NCBI RefSeq assembly: GCF_004010195.1
Contig: NC_057720.1
Coordinates: 56,467,165-56,531,164, forward strand
Origin: Chiloscyllium plagiosum
Taxonomy: Eukaryota
Length of the DNA stretch: 64,000 bases
Direction of reading: 5' to 3'
This document shows positions 37,231-51,494 of the stretch, one piece after another. Positions within the stretch are counted from its first letter, which is position 1, and every line of letters starts with the position of its first letter. The notes below the pieces were generated by a model. It had not been told where the DNA came from and did not search any database. It saw only the letters and a program-made list of their open reading frames with translations. The position numbers and the translations under genes were made by a program.

Positions 37231-40200
37231 TAGATTTTAGTCATGCACCTTGTAAGCCCATTATCCATTTGATATATTAAACTTTTTGTAATGTTGTTAT
37301 AAAGTAATTCTGGAATCTTTAATATATAAATCTGCCAATAAGAACTGCATGTGGAGATCCTTTTGTGCAATGGTGGCATCCATACTTCTGGGACAAAGCT
37401 CTGGGTTTGAGTCCCATTCAGGCTTTCCTAGCCTACAAGGAGCATTCGTAATGCTGCTAAGTAGGTTGCTTATCAGTCAGTGAATATTAGACAGTAGAAA
37501 CAAAAGAGTCTCTTAGTTACACATTCTGTTTTGCAGCTGTATAGCCCAAACCTTGGAAAAGATAATGGTAGAAAAATCAATAAGAACTGCAAGATATGAA
37601 GGTTCTTTTTAAATATTCCACACAATTGGCTTGAATCATGTTTATCTAGTTATAAATTAAAATAAAAACTACAAATCAACACATTGAATAAAATATGCTT
37701 GCTCTTGAGGTTTAGAAAACATCTGTACTGTCTTTTTGAGAACCAACCCTTTATTTCCAAAGTGAAACTAGGAAAAGTGCATTAGATTTCCTCAGAAATA
37801 CCAGTGCAAACTGAGGTTGCTCTGGGTTGAAAGCTCAAAAGCAGAGGGTTAATATATTAAATTTAATTCATATATTAAACAAGGTTAATATATGAATATT
37901 GAATTACAACTAGTCTGAACAGACAATTCTGAATAGGCAGAAAACTATGATAAGAGATCATGAATGCAATACAGTTTGAAAAGGATCAAACATTTAAGTG
38001 AAAATAGGGATTGAGGATTGGCCAAGACTGCTACTGCTATGCTAGTTTTACCAAAACAAAATAATCCATTTAAAGAGATCAGAGAAATGAGTCTCTGCAG
38101 ATTCTGTGCCATCAAAACTTGTCTCAACATGGTTACGGAGGTTCTACAAGAAGGACTGTTTGGGTGTTGCATGTTTCAGGAAGCTGGGTTAAGATATGAC
38201 TGCCAGTAAAGGTCACTCAGGATGCAAATCTATTCAGTATGGAGTGAGAGACCTATATACTACAGGTCAAGTTGGGAAGACTAAGTTTGAAAGTGGTAGC
38301 ACATTTGCATAGGAAGTGATGTGAGTGCTTACATGAGGTATATTTTGTTTTATCAACAATTTGAAGTGAAATTTACCTTCTGATTTGAAACAACATTTAT
38401 CTATTTGAATTCTTTTTATTCTGGTTGGTTCATAACAGTAAAAATTTAAAATGGTACCTCTTGACCCTTGTGTTCTTTCCTTTGGAATCATGGAATTCTA
38501 TCTTTAAAACTGTTATCAGTCTTTGTGGGGATCAGAACAAAACAATACTGAAATATTCTTGAAGCAACATCATTATAGTTTTGAAAATGATAATAAAGAA
38601 TTGAGCTTTCATCTCTCCAACTGAAATAATTAATTTGTTTCTTTAGGTCCTAGTGATTTATGGATTCTTCAACCATGGAAAAACAATGGGAATTACCAGC
38701 CAATTTCTGTCTGGGTGCATCCACGGGTCAGCAATGAACAAGTTTGACATCAACGTATTGACTTTGATGAATATTGCTACTAATGTGTATGGCAATGCTG
38801 TTTATTAGCTTCAATTATTCTGCACAATTACATACTTTACACCACATTTCAAAGGTCTGTGGTCTTAAAATGACAAACTAGAACTAAGGAGTATGTATCA
38901 AAGCTTATTTGACTTGATTGTAATTAACACACAGCAGAAAATTTCATTTGTTCTTCACATCTGGACAACCAATTGTAGAGTAGGGAGGAATAAAAATGTC
39001 TACACATAAAACCACTGTACCTGTGCCAAAGCCACTCGCATTTTTGGCTATCCATAATCCATCAGGTGTCTTATTCTTTTCAAATATGTATTGTAACAAA
39101 TTGCTCCTTTTAGGTAGTTTCATGCAGAGTATAAAAGTTGTGTTAAATTAATTACATGACCATTGAGTACCAAGTATATTCTATTTATTTTGACATCTGC
39201 CACACTGGGCGATGAAAGTTATGGCAATTTTGGAATTAGCACATGGTGTTAATCCTATGCCAGCTACTAAAGCCTCCGCTACCAATAGAAGTCCAGAAAA
39301 CTTGAATACTGATGCTGAAATGTCTTGTTCCCAGTGATGGTAAATCAAATCATTATTGGCTGGACATCTTTAGTCATCTAATTGTAAAGGATGAGAAATT
39401 TAAAAGGCATTTATTTTCTTTTTAGACACCAGAAGAATTATTGGGAAATGCAGCTCATTTTAATGAATGAAATGAGAACTATTTGACATGTTCTAGGAGG
39501 AAAAACAATTTTCTTAGAACAAATAAAATTCATGAGACTGAATTTTCCCTGAATGCAATGGGCATGATCAATGAGTTATTTTCCCCCTTATCCTTCAAAG
39601 CTAGTGACTTGTGTTGAGATACCCTTCCTGGTGAGATCAGCATTAAATGTCCATTGATGACCTAAGCTACTCAGGTCTCAATATTAACAGAGAGATTGGA
39701 AAGGCTCTGTAGATGCTCCATGGGTAGTGAAAGACATAACAAGACTGGAGACCTGGCATGAGGAAAGGCCAGACCAGACAATGTACCAACAGCAGCAACT
39801 GTGTTCCCCCTCCATCACCTTTCCTACATTATACCTGAGAACACTTTTCTAAAGACTCATGTGGCTGTTGAAAAGCACCATCTGAAATTACAATGGGATG
39901 AAAAGTGCTATATAAGATTTATTTTGTATTTAAATCTACCAACATTCATCCTGTTGTTTAATCTTTATTTATGTAACTAGCCTACGTAGAAGGTTCTGGA
40001 ATTGTAGTTTTTACAGCTATTCTCTTAGCTTTCATAATGATATTGAAGGTTAGTAATGCAGATTACAGCCTCCTATTCACAGAAAGCGCCTCCATATTTC
40101 AGCCTTTGGAGTTCCACCATGCCTCACTACTCTTCATGTAGAACTCAGTCTTCTCCAATGGGTCTACACCTCAACCCTTCCATCTTTAAAAGCTCCCATC

Positions 40201-40809
40201 TCTCCTGAGTGCTCAAGGTGCTCTAATACTGCCAACCAGTAACCACATTCTCAAATTTTGCATCACCTTTGCATACAATCTCCTCCTGAACAGATCTATT
40301 TGTCCATTTTCCATGTTGCAACTAATTTTAGCATTGCACAAAAAAAGGAACAAGTTCTTAGGAGACACACAAAAAGAAAAGAAGGAACAAAGAGAAAATC
40401 ATACAGAGAGGTTGCTGTTCCAGGTAAAAACGTGTAACAGATTTAAGATGAAAACTGGAACACTCCTGCTCCATGTGCTCAGTACCAAACTGAGTGGTAT
40501 CTCTATTCACTGAATTCACTATCTATGGAAAAGGATGTAACCCCTTGCCTAGGCAACTTTTGTCCTTTTGCAAAAATCAGTAGGTTTCCATTTGGTGGAT
40601 TACAGATTGATGTTTTCCTTTTCCAGTTGCATAAAAATTCTCTTGGCGTGATGCTGCAATGACATACAATGTGCAATTACTGAGGTACTTTCCCAAGACT
40701 TAGCAATGTCTGTCTTCTACCATGGTATATGGTAGTGCACCCCACCCATGCATGTTAATACACACAAGCTATTTCATCATGAAGCTGAATAAATCCCTCA
40801 CTATATAAA

Positions 40810-42442
40810 GGTTTAGCAATCTTCAGTCAGAAGTGCCAAATGGATAATTCATCTCAACATTCTCCAGTGTTCCCAGCATCACAGACACCAATCTTCAACT
40901 AATTCGATTCACTCCACCTGATATCAAGAAACAGTTGCAGACCTTAGATATTGCAAAGACTATGGGCCCTTTCCGGTAATGTTACTGAAGACCTGTGCTT
41001 CAGAACTTGCCATTTCCCTAGCCAAGCTCTTCCAGCACATCTACAACACTGACTTCCACCTGATAGTGTGGAAAATTACTCAAGTATGTCCTCTATATCA
41101 GAAGCAGGACAAAAATCCAACCCAACCAATTACGGCACTATCAGTTCAGTCTGGTTCATCAATAAAGTGATGAAAGGTGTCATCAACAGTGCTATCAAAC
41201 AGCATCTGCTCAGCAATAACCTGCTCAGTGACACCCAGTTTGCGTTCTGCCAGGGCCACTTAGCTCCTGACCTCAGCCTTGGTTCTAACATGGATAAAAT
41301 CTGAATTCCAGAGATGTGGTGAGAGTGACAGTCCTTGACATCAAGGTCACATTTGACCAAGTGTGGTATCAAGGAACCCTAGTAAAATTGGAATCAATTG
41401 GTATCGGGGGAAGCTCTCTGCTGGATAGAGTCATACCTGGCACATGGGAAGATAATTGTGATTGTTGGAGGTCAGTCATCTCATCTTAAGGACATCTCTG
41501 CAGGGATTCCTCAAGTTAGCTTCCTAGACACAACCATCTTCATCAATGACCTTCCCTTCATCATAAGGTCAGAAGTTGGGATGTTTGCTGATGATTGAAC
41601 AATGTTCAGCAACATTCCTGACTCCTTAGACACTGAAGAAGTCCATGTTCAAATGCAAAAATATCTGGACAATATCCAGGCTTGGGTTGAAAAATGGCAA
41701 GTAGAATTTGTGCCATACAAATGCCAGGCAATGACCATCACCAATAAGAGACAATCTAACTATTACCCTTTGACAGTCAATGGTGTTACCATGACTGAAT
41801 CCCCCACTATCAACATCCCGGCAATTCCCATTGATCAGAAACTCAACTAGACTTGCCATATAAATACAGTGGTGTAAGGAGCAGGTCAGAGGCTAGGGAT
41901 ACTGCAGCAAGTAACTCACCTTCTGACTCCTAAAGCCTGTCCACCAACTACAGATCACAAGTCAGGAGGAAATATACAACACTCAAGAAGCTTGACACCA
42001 TCCAGGCCAAATTGCCCTCTGGATTAGTATCACATCCAGTGAGCATCTACTCCCTATACCACTGAAACTCTGTAGCAGCAATATGTACTATCTACAAGAT
42101 GCACTGCAGAAATTCACCCAAATCCTTAGGCTGCAACTTTCAAACCCATGGTCACTTCCATCTAGAAGGTCAAGAGCAGCAGACTTATAGGAACACCACC
42201 ACCTGCAAGTTCCCCTCCAAGCCAGTCACCATCCTGACTTGGAAACATATCACCATTCTTTCAGTGTTGCTGGGTCAAAATCCTGGAACTCCCTCCCTAA
42301 CATCATTGTGGTCAACCTCCAGCAGGTGGACTATAGCAGTTCAAGAAGGCAGCTCACCACCACCTTGTCAAATGCAGTTTGCGATTGGCAATAAATGCTG
42401 ACTAGTCAGTAATGCTCATGTCCCAGGTGTGAATTTTAGAAA
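40810..42442 (+). mobile_element. CR1-clade LINE (another family), RT and 3' UTR
   Basis: LKTCASELAISLAKLFQ; SNPTNYGTIS; SAGIPQVS...INDLP...GMFADD; LDNIQAWVEKWQVEFVPYKCQ; tail ggcaataaatgctgactag. Confidence 0.88.
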
Positions 42443-42839
42443 AGGAACAATTCTCTAGTCCCTTTTTGCAGAGAAAAATTGGCCAGATACTCAACATTTT
42501 GATGTTTTGCATAACTACTGAGTGCTAGGGAGGTGCTATTGGTGGAGATTCTTCCATTCAAGGATTCTGAATCAGGAATATTATTCCACATTTAAAAGTC
42601 TGTACAAGACTCTCCCCTGGACAACAGGATAGTTCCTGCAGTGGCCACAAGTGTCAAAGTGAAGTTCCAATGTAGATTCCATATTGTGAATTTCCTTGAT
42701 TTTATGACTCTGAACTGGATGGATATTGCAGATATCTGCCCCTCAGATCCAATTTCATGACACGGTTCATGGCACTAATATATTTGTAAATGTGAAAGGG
42801 AATCAATTAAAGTGATTTGCCAAGTTGTATAGCCAGTCC

Positions 42840-43137
42840 ATTTTCGATTACCCATAGTGCCCATTATCAGCTACCTCGCTTCTCTTCTTCACTGGCTTAC
42901 TATCACCAATCCCTTTGTCTGCCTACTCTTTTCTTCCTCTCTCCACCTACCCACTCTGCTTCCAGTATCACTGATCAGCATAAATACCTCTTTTTCCTAT
43001 CTGAAGGTCATGAAAGAGTCACTGGACTCAAAACATTAACTCTGTTTCTCTTCACAGATGCTGCCGGACCTGTGGAGTTTCTCAAGCAATTTCTGTTGTT
43101 GTTTGTTTCAGATCTCCAGCATCCACAGTTCTTTGTT
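42840..43137 (+). mobile_element. Old PLE 3' terminal fragment with degenerate hammerhead
   Basis: Stem GAGTC-actg-GACTC (43016-43029) then aAAAcatta, followed by cagatgctgccggacctg...agatctccagcatc as in the other PLE ends. Confidence 0.55.
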
Positions 43138-43204
43138 TAAGCCAAACAGGTGATTTTATTCATATGGCTCAGGTTGCTTGCTGAGTCTTAATTGGAGGAG
43201 ACAT

Positions 43205-46200
43205 AGAAGACCATAAAACCCTGGAATATAGGAGCAGAATTAGGTCATTCATCTCATGGAATCTGCTCCATCTTTGATCTGGACTGATCTTTTTTTGCAA
43301 CCTCATTCTCCACCCTTTTCCTCATAACTCTTGATTCCCTCACCAATCAAAAATTTATCTATTTCTGTCTTAAATACCCTCAATGACTTTGCCTCCTCAC
43401 CCTCTGTGTCAATGAGTTCAAGAGATCAACTACCCTCTGGTTGAAGAAATTCCTTTTCATCTCAGTTGCAAAGGGTCATCTCTTCATTTTGAGATTGTGT
43501 CCTTGTCTCTCCTACTAGTGGAAACATCTTCTCCACGTTCATTCTATCCAGGCCTCTCAGTATTTTGTAAGTTTCATTGAGATCCCCGTCATCCTTCTAA
43601 ACTCTATTGAGTACAGACCTAGAATCCTCAATCACTCCTCATATGACAATGCCTTCATTCCCAGGAACATTTGTATGAACCTCCTCTGGACCCCCTCAAA
43701 TGTCAGCACACCCTTCCTTAGATACGAACACAAAACTGCTCACGATATTCCAAATGCGATCTGACTAGATCCTCAGCAGTATATTTCTGCTCTTGTATTC
43801 TATCCCTCTCAAAATGATTTCTAACATTGCATTTGCCTTTACAACAGCCAACTGAACCTGCATGTTAACCTTAGGAGAATCCTGAACTAGGACTCCCAAG
43901 TTTCTTTGTGTTTCAGATTTGTATAGTATTTCCCATTTAGAAAATAGTCTACACCACTACTCTTCTTACCAAAGTGCATAACCTTATACTTTCCTGCATT
44001 GTATTTCATCTGCCACTTCTTTGCTCACTCTCCTAACCTTTTTAAGTTCTTCTGCAACTCCCACAGTTCTTCAACACTACCTGTCCCTCCACCTATCCTT
44101 GGGTCATCTACAAACTTAGCAACAACATCCTCAGTTCCTTTGTCCAGATCATTAGTGTATACTGTGACTCCTGTGAACACCACTAGTCACCAGCTGTGTT
44201 CCTGAAAAAGACCCCCTTTATTCCTTCTGCCAGTCACCCAAATCCTCTATCAATGCCAGTACTTTGCCCCTAACACCATGGACCTTTCAGCTTCCCCATC
44301 ACCCTTAGTGATAGCTACTACACTCACCTCTGCCCCTTAACTCTTGAAACTCTGGTATGTTGCTGGTGTCTTGCACAGAGAAAACTGTTGCAAAGTACCT
44401 ATTCAGTTCCTTCACAATTTCTTTGCTACCCATTATTGCTCATTTTCTGGTGAACCAATGTCCCCTCTTGCATTTCTTTTACCTTTTAGATATCAAAATA
44501 AACTCTTGCAGTCTTCTTTTATATTACTAGCAAGCTCACTCTGATATTTCACCTGCTCCCCCTTTGTTGCATTTTTTAAGTCATCCTCTGCGAGTTTTTA
44601 AAGACTTCCCAATCCTTTGGCTTCCCACTAATCTTCGCCTCATTGTATGCCTTTTGTTTGCTTCATGCTGTTCCTGACTTTCCTTGTCAGCCAAGGTTGC
44701 CTCATCCTCCCCTTAACATGTTCTTCTTCCTTGGCATGAATTTCTGCTGTGCCTCCTGAGTTACTCCCAGAAACCCCTGCCATTGCTGTTTCATCATCTT
44801 TCCTGCTGGGATCCACTTCTAATTAACTCTAGCAAGCTCGTCCTTCATGCCTTTGTAGTTACCTTTACTGAATTGTGAAACCGTTACATCTAATTCCAGC
44901 TTCTCCCTTTCAAACAGCAGGGTGAATTCTATCATATTATGGTCACTGTTCCCTTGGGGTTCCTTCACCTTAAGCTCCCTAATCGACTTACGCATCACTA
45001 AATCCAGAAGGATCCATTCACTAGTGAGGTCTACCACATGTTTCTTCAAATATTCCACGGGTTCCTTTGCGTGAAATTTGTGACCAATCTGATTTTCCCA
45101 GTCCCCTCCATATTGAGTTCCCCTATGATTACTGCAATAATGCCTTTCTTACATGCCTTTGTATGTCTTGATTTATTTTCTTCCCCACATCCTGACTACT
45201 GCCAGGAGGCCTGGACATGATTCCCATCAGGGTCTATTTTCCTTTGCGGTTCCTCAACTCTACACCTTCCAACTCTATATCATTCTTGCTATTGATTTAA
45301 TTTCATTTCTTACTAACAAGACAGCCCTGTCCCTATGCCCTTCTGCCAGTGCTTTTGATAGGAGACATATCCTTAGATATTTACTTCCCAGCCCTGATCC
45401 CCTTGCAACCATGTCTCTGTGAAACCCACCAACATCAAACCCCGCCAATTTCAATCAGTACTACAAGCTCATTTATTTTGTTTAGTATACTATCTGCATT
45501 TAAGTAGAGCACCCTTTATCCCACATTGAATTCTCATGATTCTCCACTTATCTGCTGTGCCTGAAGTTAGATTCCTGACACTTTCAATACTCTCTATCCT
45601 GTTATTGTTTTGGAAACATTCATAACCTCTGCTGAGCTCCTCCCTTTCACTTTTTCCATAATTTTCCATACAACGGTACCCTCCCCACAGTCATAGTTCT
45701 GCAGTTCACTAGGACTTTGATGCCAGCATGACTCAGGTGGAACCCATCCCATCGGAATAGATCCTTCTTTCCCTGGTACTGGTGCAAATGTCCCATGAAT
45801 TGGAACCCGTTTATCCTCACACCAATCTTTGAGCTATGTGTTTACATCTTAATTTTGTTTACCCTGTGCCAATTAATTGTGACCCAGGTAGTATTCCAGA
45901 AATTATTACCTTTTTGGTTCTGCATTTCAATTTAATCCATAGCTGCTCATATTACCCCAGTGCGTCCTCTATCATGCTTCACCTGCATCATTGGTACCAA
46001 ATGGACCACGACAAGTAGATCTTTCCTCCCCTATGCCAAATTTCTCTGAGCCCAGATAAGATATCTTGAACCTGGGCACTGGGCAGACAAGATGGACTTT
46101 GGTACACTTGATCCTGGCCGCAGAGAAGTGTCTGTTCCCCTGACTATACTATCCTTGACTATAGCTACATTTCTCTTTCCTCTGAACCCCCATCCCCACC

Positions 46201-46600
46201 ACCTCTTGAATGGCTCCCTGTAGCATGATGCTATGGTCAGTTTGTTCATCCTTTCTACAGCCCCCAGTCTTATTTATACAGGGAACAAGAATCTCAAACC
46301 TGTTCAACAAGTTCAAGGGCAGAGGGTCCTTCAACACTACCTGTTGGATTCCTCTACTTGGCTCGCTGGTAGTCACACCCTTCTGTCCCTGACCAAACTT
46401 GAGGTCATTAATCTAAGGAGTGTTAATGCCTCCATACTTCAGCATCCAGGTACTATTCCGCCTCCCTTTGTAGTGTTCAAAGCTCAGAATCCAGCACATC
46501 AACTCTAAGCCAGAGTTCCTCAAGCAACCGATACTTGCTACAGATGTGGTCAATAAGAACCACAATGGGGTCCACCAGCATGTAGATAATGCAATTACAA
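43205..46600 (-). mobile_element. CR1 LINE with ORF1 esterase remnant, endonuclease and RT 3' part (internally deleted)
   Basis: VAIVKDSIVRGTD (ORF 46031-46249); LNLLNRFEIL (46149-46376); LDLVM...EPQGNSDHNMIEF (44819-45058); RT and 3' UTR at 43205-44280. Confidence 0.82.
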
Positions 46601-47189
46601 CACTTTGCCTGGCCTGGCACCACTATTTTAAAAATTTAATTTGATTTTTAAATGTTTCATTCTGGCCTTTTGGTTTTTAGTCTGTAAAGATTTCCCCTAT
46701 TTACCTTCAATCTGCAAGTAACCTATAATGGATAGTCAAATTAGCAGCCATCACCAACCAATGAACTTATGGTTTACCTGTGATGTCACTCTTTTATGGT
46801 GGGCCCTTGATCCTGTGCTTCAAATTATGCTGTTTAAGAAACACCTTACTAACTATGAACTAAAGAAAGCAAGCAGAAAGCACCTCTTTTCTTCTGCACC
46901 AAATTTCTATGTTGCCTCCAAATTCCCTGAATTATATACTCACTCAAACTGTCTCTCACTCTGAATGTGATCACTTCTTCCTGACTGTGCAAAGCTTACT
47001 ATTGAACTCATCTTGTGGATTATCTAAATCTTCAAGGGAATATTCTGATAATCAACTATTTGTCATTGGTGCCAATTTGACCTCTGACATTGGATTTTGT
47101 TTGGCCATTGCTCGAGTCACAGCACAAGAAGGAATGTTTCTTGCAACCCTTTCTTGTAATTGCTCTGTTCCCTTGGTTTTTCTGGTTTC

Positions 47190-47440
47190 CTTTACTCATT
47201 CACATGATGTGGGCATCACTAGCTGAACCTGTATTTATTAGCCATTCCAAATTGCCCAGAAAGCAGTTAAGAGTTGATGACATTGCTGTGGGTCTGGAGT
47301 CACATCACTGGAATCTGTCATCAGACTAGGCAAGGAGAGAGCAGATTTCCTTCCCTGAAATATGTTCGTGAACGAGATGGATTTTTAAGACAATTGACAA
47401 TGGTTACATGGTTGCCATTAAGTTTGTTTTAATTCCATAA
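47190..47440 (-). mobile_element. Meta-like SINE fragment
   Basis: cattgctgtgggtctggagtcaca...gcagatttccttccctgaaa...gatggattttt, homologous to 26088-26760. Confidence 0.65.
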
Positions 47441-47520
47441 CTATTCCCTCAGCTACCAATATCCCAAGTCAATCCCCGGACTTGAGCAGTCCACAATCTT
47501 TACAACACCATGGAAAGATA

Positions 47521-48310
47521 TTAGAGTCATAGAGATGGACAGCATGGAAACAGACCTTTCGGTCCAACCTGTCTATGCCAACCAGATATCCCAACCCAAT
47601 CTAGTCCCACCTGCCAGCACTTGGCCCATATCCCTCCAAACCCTTCCTATTCATATACCCATCCAAATGCCCCTTAAATGTTGCAATTATACTAGCCTCC
47701 ACCACATCCTCTCGCAGCTCATTCCATACACGTACCACCCTCTGCATGAAAAAAGTGCCCCTTAGGTCTCTTTTATATCTTTCCCCTCTCACCCTAAACC
47801 CATGCCCTCTAGTTCTGGACTCCNNNNNNNNNNNNNNNNNNNNNNNNNNNNNNNNNNNNNNNNNNNNNNNNNNNNNNNNNNNNNNNNNNNNNNNNNNNNN
47901 NNNNNNNNNNNNNNNNNNNNNNNNNNNNNNNNNNNNNNNNNNNNNNNNNNNNNNNNNNNNNNNNNNNNNNNNNNNNNNNNNNNNNNNNNNNNNNNNNNNN
48001 NNNNNNNNNNNNNNNNNNNNNNNNNNNNNNNNNNNNNNNNNNNNNNNNNNNNNNNNNNNNNNNNNNNNNNNNNNNNNNNNNNNNNNNNNNNNNNNNNNNN
48101 NNNNNNNNNNNNNNNNNNNNNNNNNNNNNNNNNNNNNNNNNNNNNNNNNCACTCCAGGGAAAACAACCCCAGCCTGTTCTGCCTCTCCCTATAGCTCAAA
48201 TCCTCCAACCCTGGCAACATCCTTGTAAATCTTTTCTGAACCCTTTCAAGTTTCACAACATCTTTCCGATAGGAAGGAGACCTGAATTGCATGCAATATT
48301 CCAACAATAA
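47521..48310 (-). mobile_element. HER1-like LINE 3' fragment spanning the assembly gap
   Basis: ESRTRGHGFRVRGERYKRDLRG before the gap and LLEYCMQFRSPSYRKDVVKLERVQKRF after it. Confidence 0.9.
47824..48149. other. Assembly gap (326 N)
   Basis: Run of N. Confidence 1.
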
Positions 48311-49929
48311 CCACCAGTGTAGGTACAGCCTACCCCTACCCCAAGTAACATGGTACAAAACCCAAAACCAAATTGACTAGAAATGACTCTGCCCCTAGAT
48401 GGACTGTAGCACTATCCTGTGACTGACATGAGTTCACTCTTACCTCCCTAACCTATTCATACATCACCATGCTCTCCCTTCGTGTATATGCAGTGTGCTT
48501 GCTGCGTACATCACAGGCACAAGCACTACTTCTGATGTTGACATATCCCTGTTCCCTTTGGGGATATGTATCTTCCTTTCCCGTTGATGCTTCACAGTTT
48601 CCCACAGTCCCATGCTAATACCTTGCCTTCTGCACTAAGCTTCCACTCTAAGACAAAAACTGTTGGCTGACCTAGTGTGCTAAGCTGACTTTTGAAACTG
48701 AAGGTGGTGTGTTGCTGTTATCCAACTGAGTTCTGTGATGGTCCAGTCACATATTCTGCCTTAGTCCCCTTGGACTTGTCCAATGCAGTCCAGGAACTTA
48801 GAGCAAAAGTGAAAATAACAAACATTGTCTGCCTTTTGAGCTTTGGCTGCCTCAAACAAAACTCACTCAGACTGGAGGCAGAAGACCAAGTAAACAAGTA
48901 CATGCTTGCTGAATGCAGTGACATTTTTGAAGCATAGGTATCCAATTGGGCAGAAGCTAACTGGGAGGACAGTTGTGTAACTAATGATGTAAATAGGCAT
49001 CTTGCCATCTAAAGAAAGAGAAATTAATTGAAGTTTATCTTAATGGCACAAATTTGATTTTGAATTCTTACCAGATGACATCCTCATGCCAATTTTCTTA
49101 TTCGGCTGGATTAATAACAATCATTTTAGTTCATTGTCGTCTGCGTGTACTCAGTGATGTGAGTGCAAACTGATACTGAAACAACACCAAGTTCCAGAAC
49201 GCACCACCATACTGAACCACAAACAATCCAAAATAAACAGAAGTCCATTAGTGCATAAATCTATTCATTTGACAACTCAGTTCAAAAACTGCTTTTTAAA
49301 AAAATCTCCATAGCTACTGAAATGACTTCAGACATACAGAAAAGTCCACTGGTCACAAATATTATTTAAAATTATATATAAATCCCATAGTTTACATCAC
49401 AACTGAATTAACATTTCACCGGACATAGAATGCATCAAAATTGGTTTTTCATTCACCTCTCAAGACGTGATTACACATTTCATGCTGTTGTATTATCAGC
49501 TGTCATACATTGCTGTAGACCATTGATTAGTGCTGTTACCTTTTAATAACATTTCAGTGACTAAATCATCACCTAGCATTGACTGCGAATTATTATTTAC
49601 AATTTACGTGTCATTTGTTCCATCTTAAAACATGACTGTTGCTTATAGCTATGTTTATACAGTCTGGATTGAACACATTTTTTCAGAACCTTTTCACCTG
49701 TCAAGTACTGGTATTATTGCCATGCATTCATATTTTGACCTGGGTGAAGCACAGGTAATTGTCTTTACACACTTCAGTTGTGTTCCTGTACTCCTCTCTT
49801 TTCTTTTCATTGTGCAATCGTGTACATTCCCGGTGTATGAGATAGAGGGATATGATGATTGTCTTCTGAACATAAGAATTGCATGGAAGGATATATATTT
49901 GTTTTGAGGTATAGCTTACATATTCAATC

Positions 49930-50340
49930 GAACGTGGTGATCCTGTTACTATGATGAATTGCCTCACACTTCATGACCATTGTTTGAACTGTATATACAG
50001 TATTGTCTGCCAGACCATTAGGTTATGGATAATGCAAAGAGCAGGTGAATTGGCTCCCCATTTGCTGGACATACCTTGGAATGGTTTGTTAACATATTGA
50101 GAATTGTTGCCTGACCCAATTTGGTGTGGAACCTGTGCTTAAGACTGTGATTAATGCATCACAACTGTGGGACTGGTAGCATCCTTGACCTGCCTGACAA
50201 AAGGAAATTTAATGAAGTAATCTGTCACTAGTATATAGTCTTGGTCATGGGGCTGAAGTAAATCTGTGACAGTCTTAGGCCATGGTTCAGAGGGAATTTC
50301 GTGCAGCATAAGTGATTTGAATGCTCTTGGTTTAATGAAC
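49930..50340 (-). mobile_element. Ty3/Gypsy LTR-retrotransposon integrase relic
   Basis: LMLHEIPSEPWPKTVTDL...DYILVTDYFIKFPFVRQV (ORF 50151-50369), then TCSLHYP*PNGLADNTVYTV, matching the integrase core SSPHYPQSNG.AE. Confidence 0.72.
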
Positions 50341-50359
50341 TCTACATTCTTTGCTCCGA

Positions 50360-50565
50360 TGATGACCATGAAGCAATTGCTGATTATTGGAAAAACCCAT
50401 TAGGTTCATTTGTATCCTTTCGGGAAGGAAATCTGCTGCCCTTATCTGGTCTGGCCTACATGTAACTCCGACCCACAGCAATGCAGTTGACTCCTAACTG
50501 CCCTCTAGGTAATTAAATGTTGGCCTAGCCAGCAATGCCCATATCCTGAAAATGAAATTTTAAAA
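50360..50565 (+). mobile_element. Meta-like SINE 3' part
   Basis: aaaaacccattaggttcatttgtatcctttcgggaaggaaatctgctgcccttatctggtctggcctacatg...ttggcctagccagc. Confidence 0.72.
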
Positions 50566-51494
50566 AGCTGGTTCCCTAACTGATTTTCCGAATGAATTAC
50601 ATAGTTCAGCAGCAGTAGCAATTAATCAAGGTGTGGCTAGTACCTTCACACAAGAATATCAGACTTTGTGACATTACCTCTCTTCAGGGTACATACCTGG
50701 TTGATCATAGATACATGCGATATCACAATACACCCCAGTGAGGAATCTAAATCCAGCATTCCCTTGCCTACTAGGGGACGAAGTATTCAAACCATCAGGA
50801 ACTAAACTCAGGAATTCCTTCCCCCAGCCTCTGTGTCTCACCCTTGTCCTTTAAAGTTCTCCTTGAAACAACAAACTGCCTTTTGACCAATCCTAATATC
50901 TTTCATTTTGGATTAGTCTTAATTTATGATTTAGGTTTGTTTCTATGAAATGCCTTGGAACACATCTTTTTTTATATAAGTGTCGGCTGCTGTTGTGGCC
51001 AATAGGGAGCCTTCATTGAGCATCACTAAACAGACTACTATTTTTATCTCAATACCATGTATTGAGCCTGCTGAGCATAATTTTGCTGCCCTATTTCTGA
51101 CTTAAAATAGGAGGCTACACTGTAAGATGACTGAATTGGCTGGAAGTACTTCTGGATATTCTAAAACACAGAGCCATATTAGACCGTAATATAGGAATGG
51201 AAAATGCCATTCGGGCCCTCATTCAATTCAGGGCTGATCAGGGAGCAGTTGTAAGTAGCTACCTTTGCTCCACATAATTTAATATTTCTGGATAACTAAT
51301 ATCTACCAATCTGAGATTTTAACATTACAATTGATCTATCCTCAATTCCCATTTGAGCAAGAGAACTCCAAACTTCTATCACTCTTGTAAATTTAGTTGA
51401 GAGGACTGAAAACAACTTCTTCAATTTTGCTGATAATAGAGTCGGGCAGGAGAGTGAGTTAAAGAGGTTGCAAAGAGATATAGACAAGTTGCAT

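Noticed and set aside
38630-38810. Strong-looking acceptor tttgtttctttag followed by open frames
   Set aside because: No recognisable protein and no good donor; it cannot be called an exon without RNA-seq or homology.
47601-48358. Long ORFs across the gap
   Set aside because: Artefacts of translating Ns inside a HER1 fragment.
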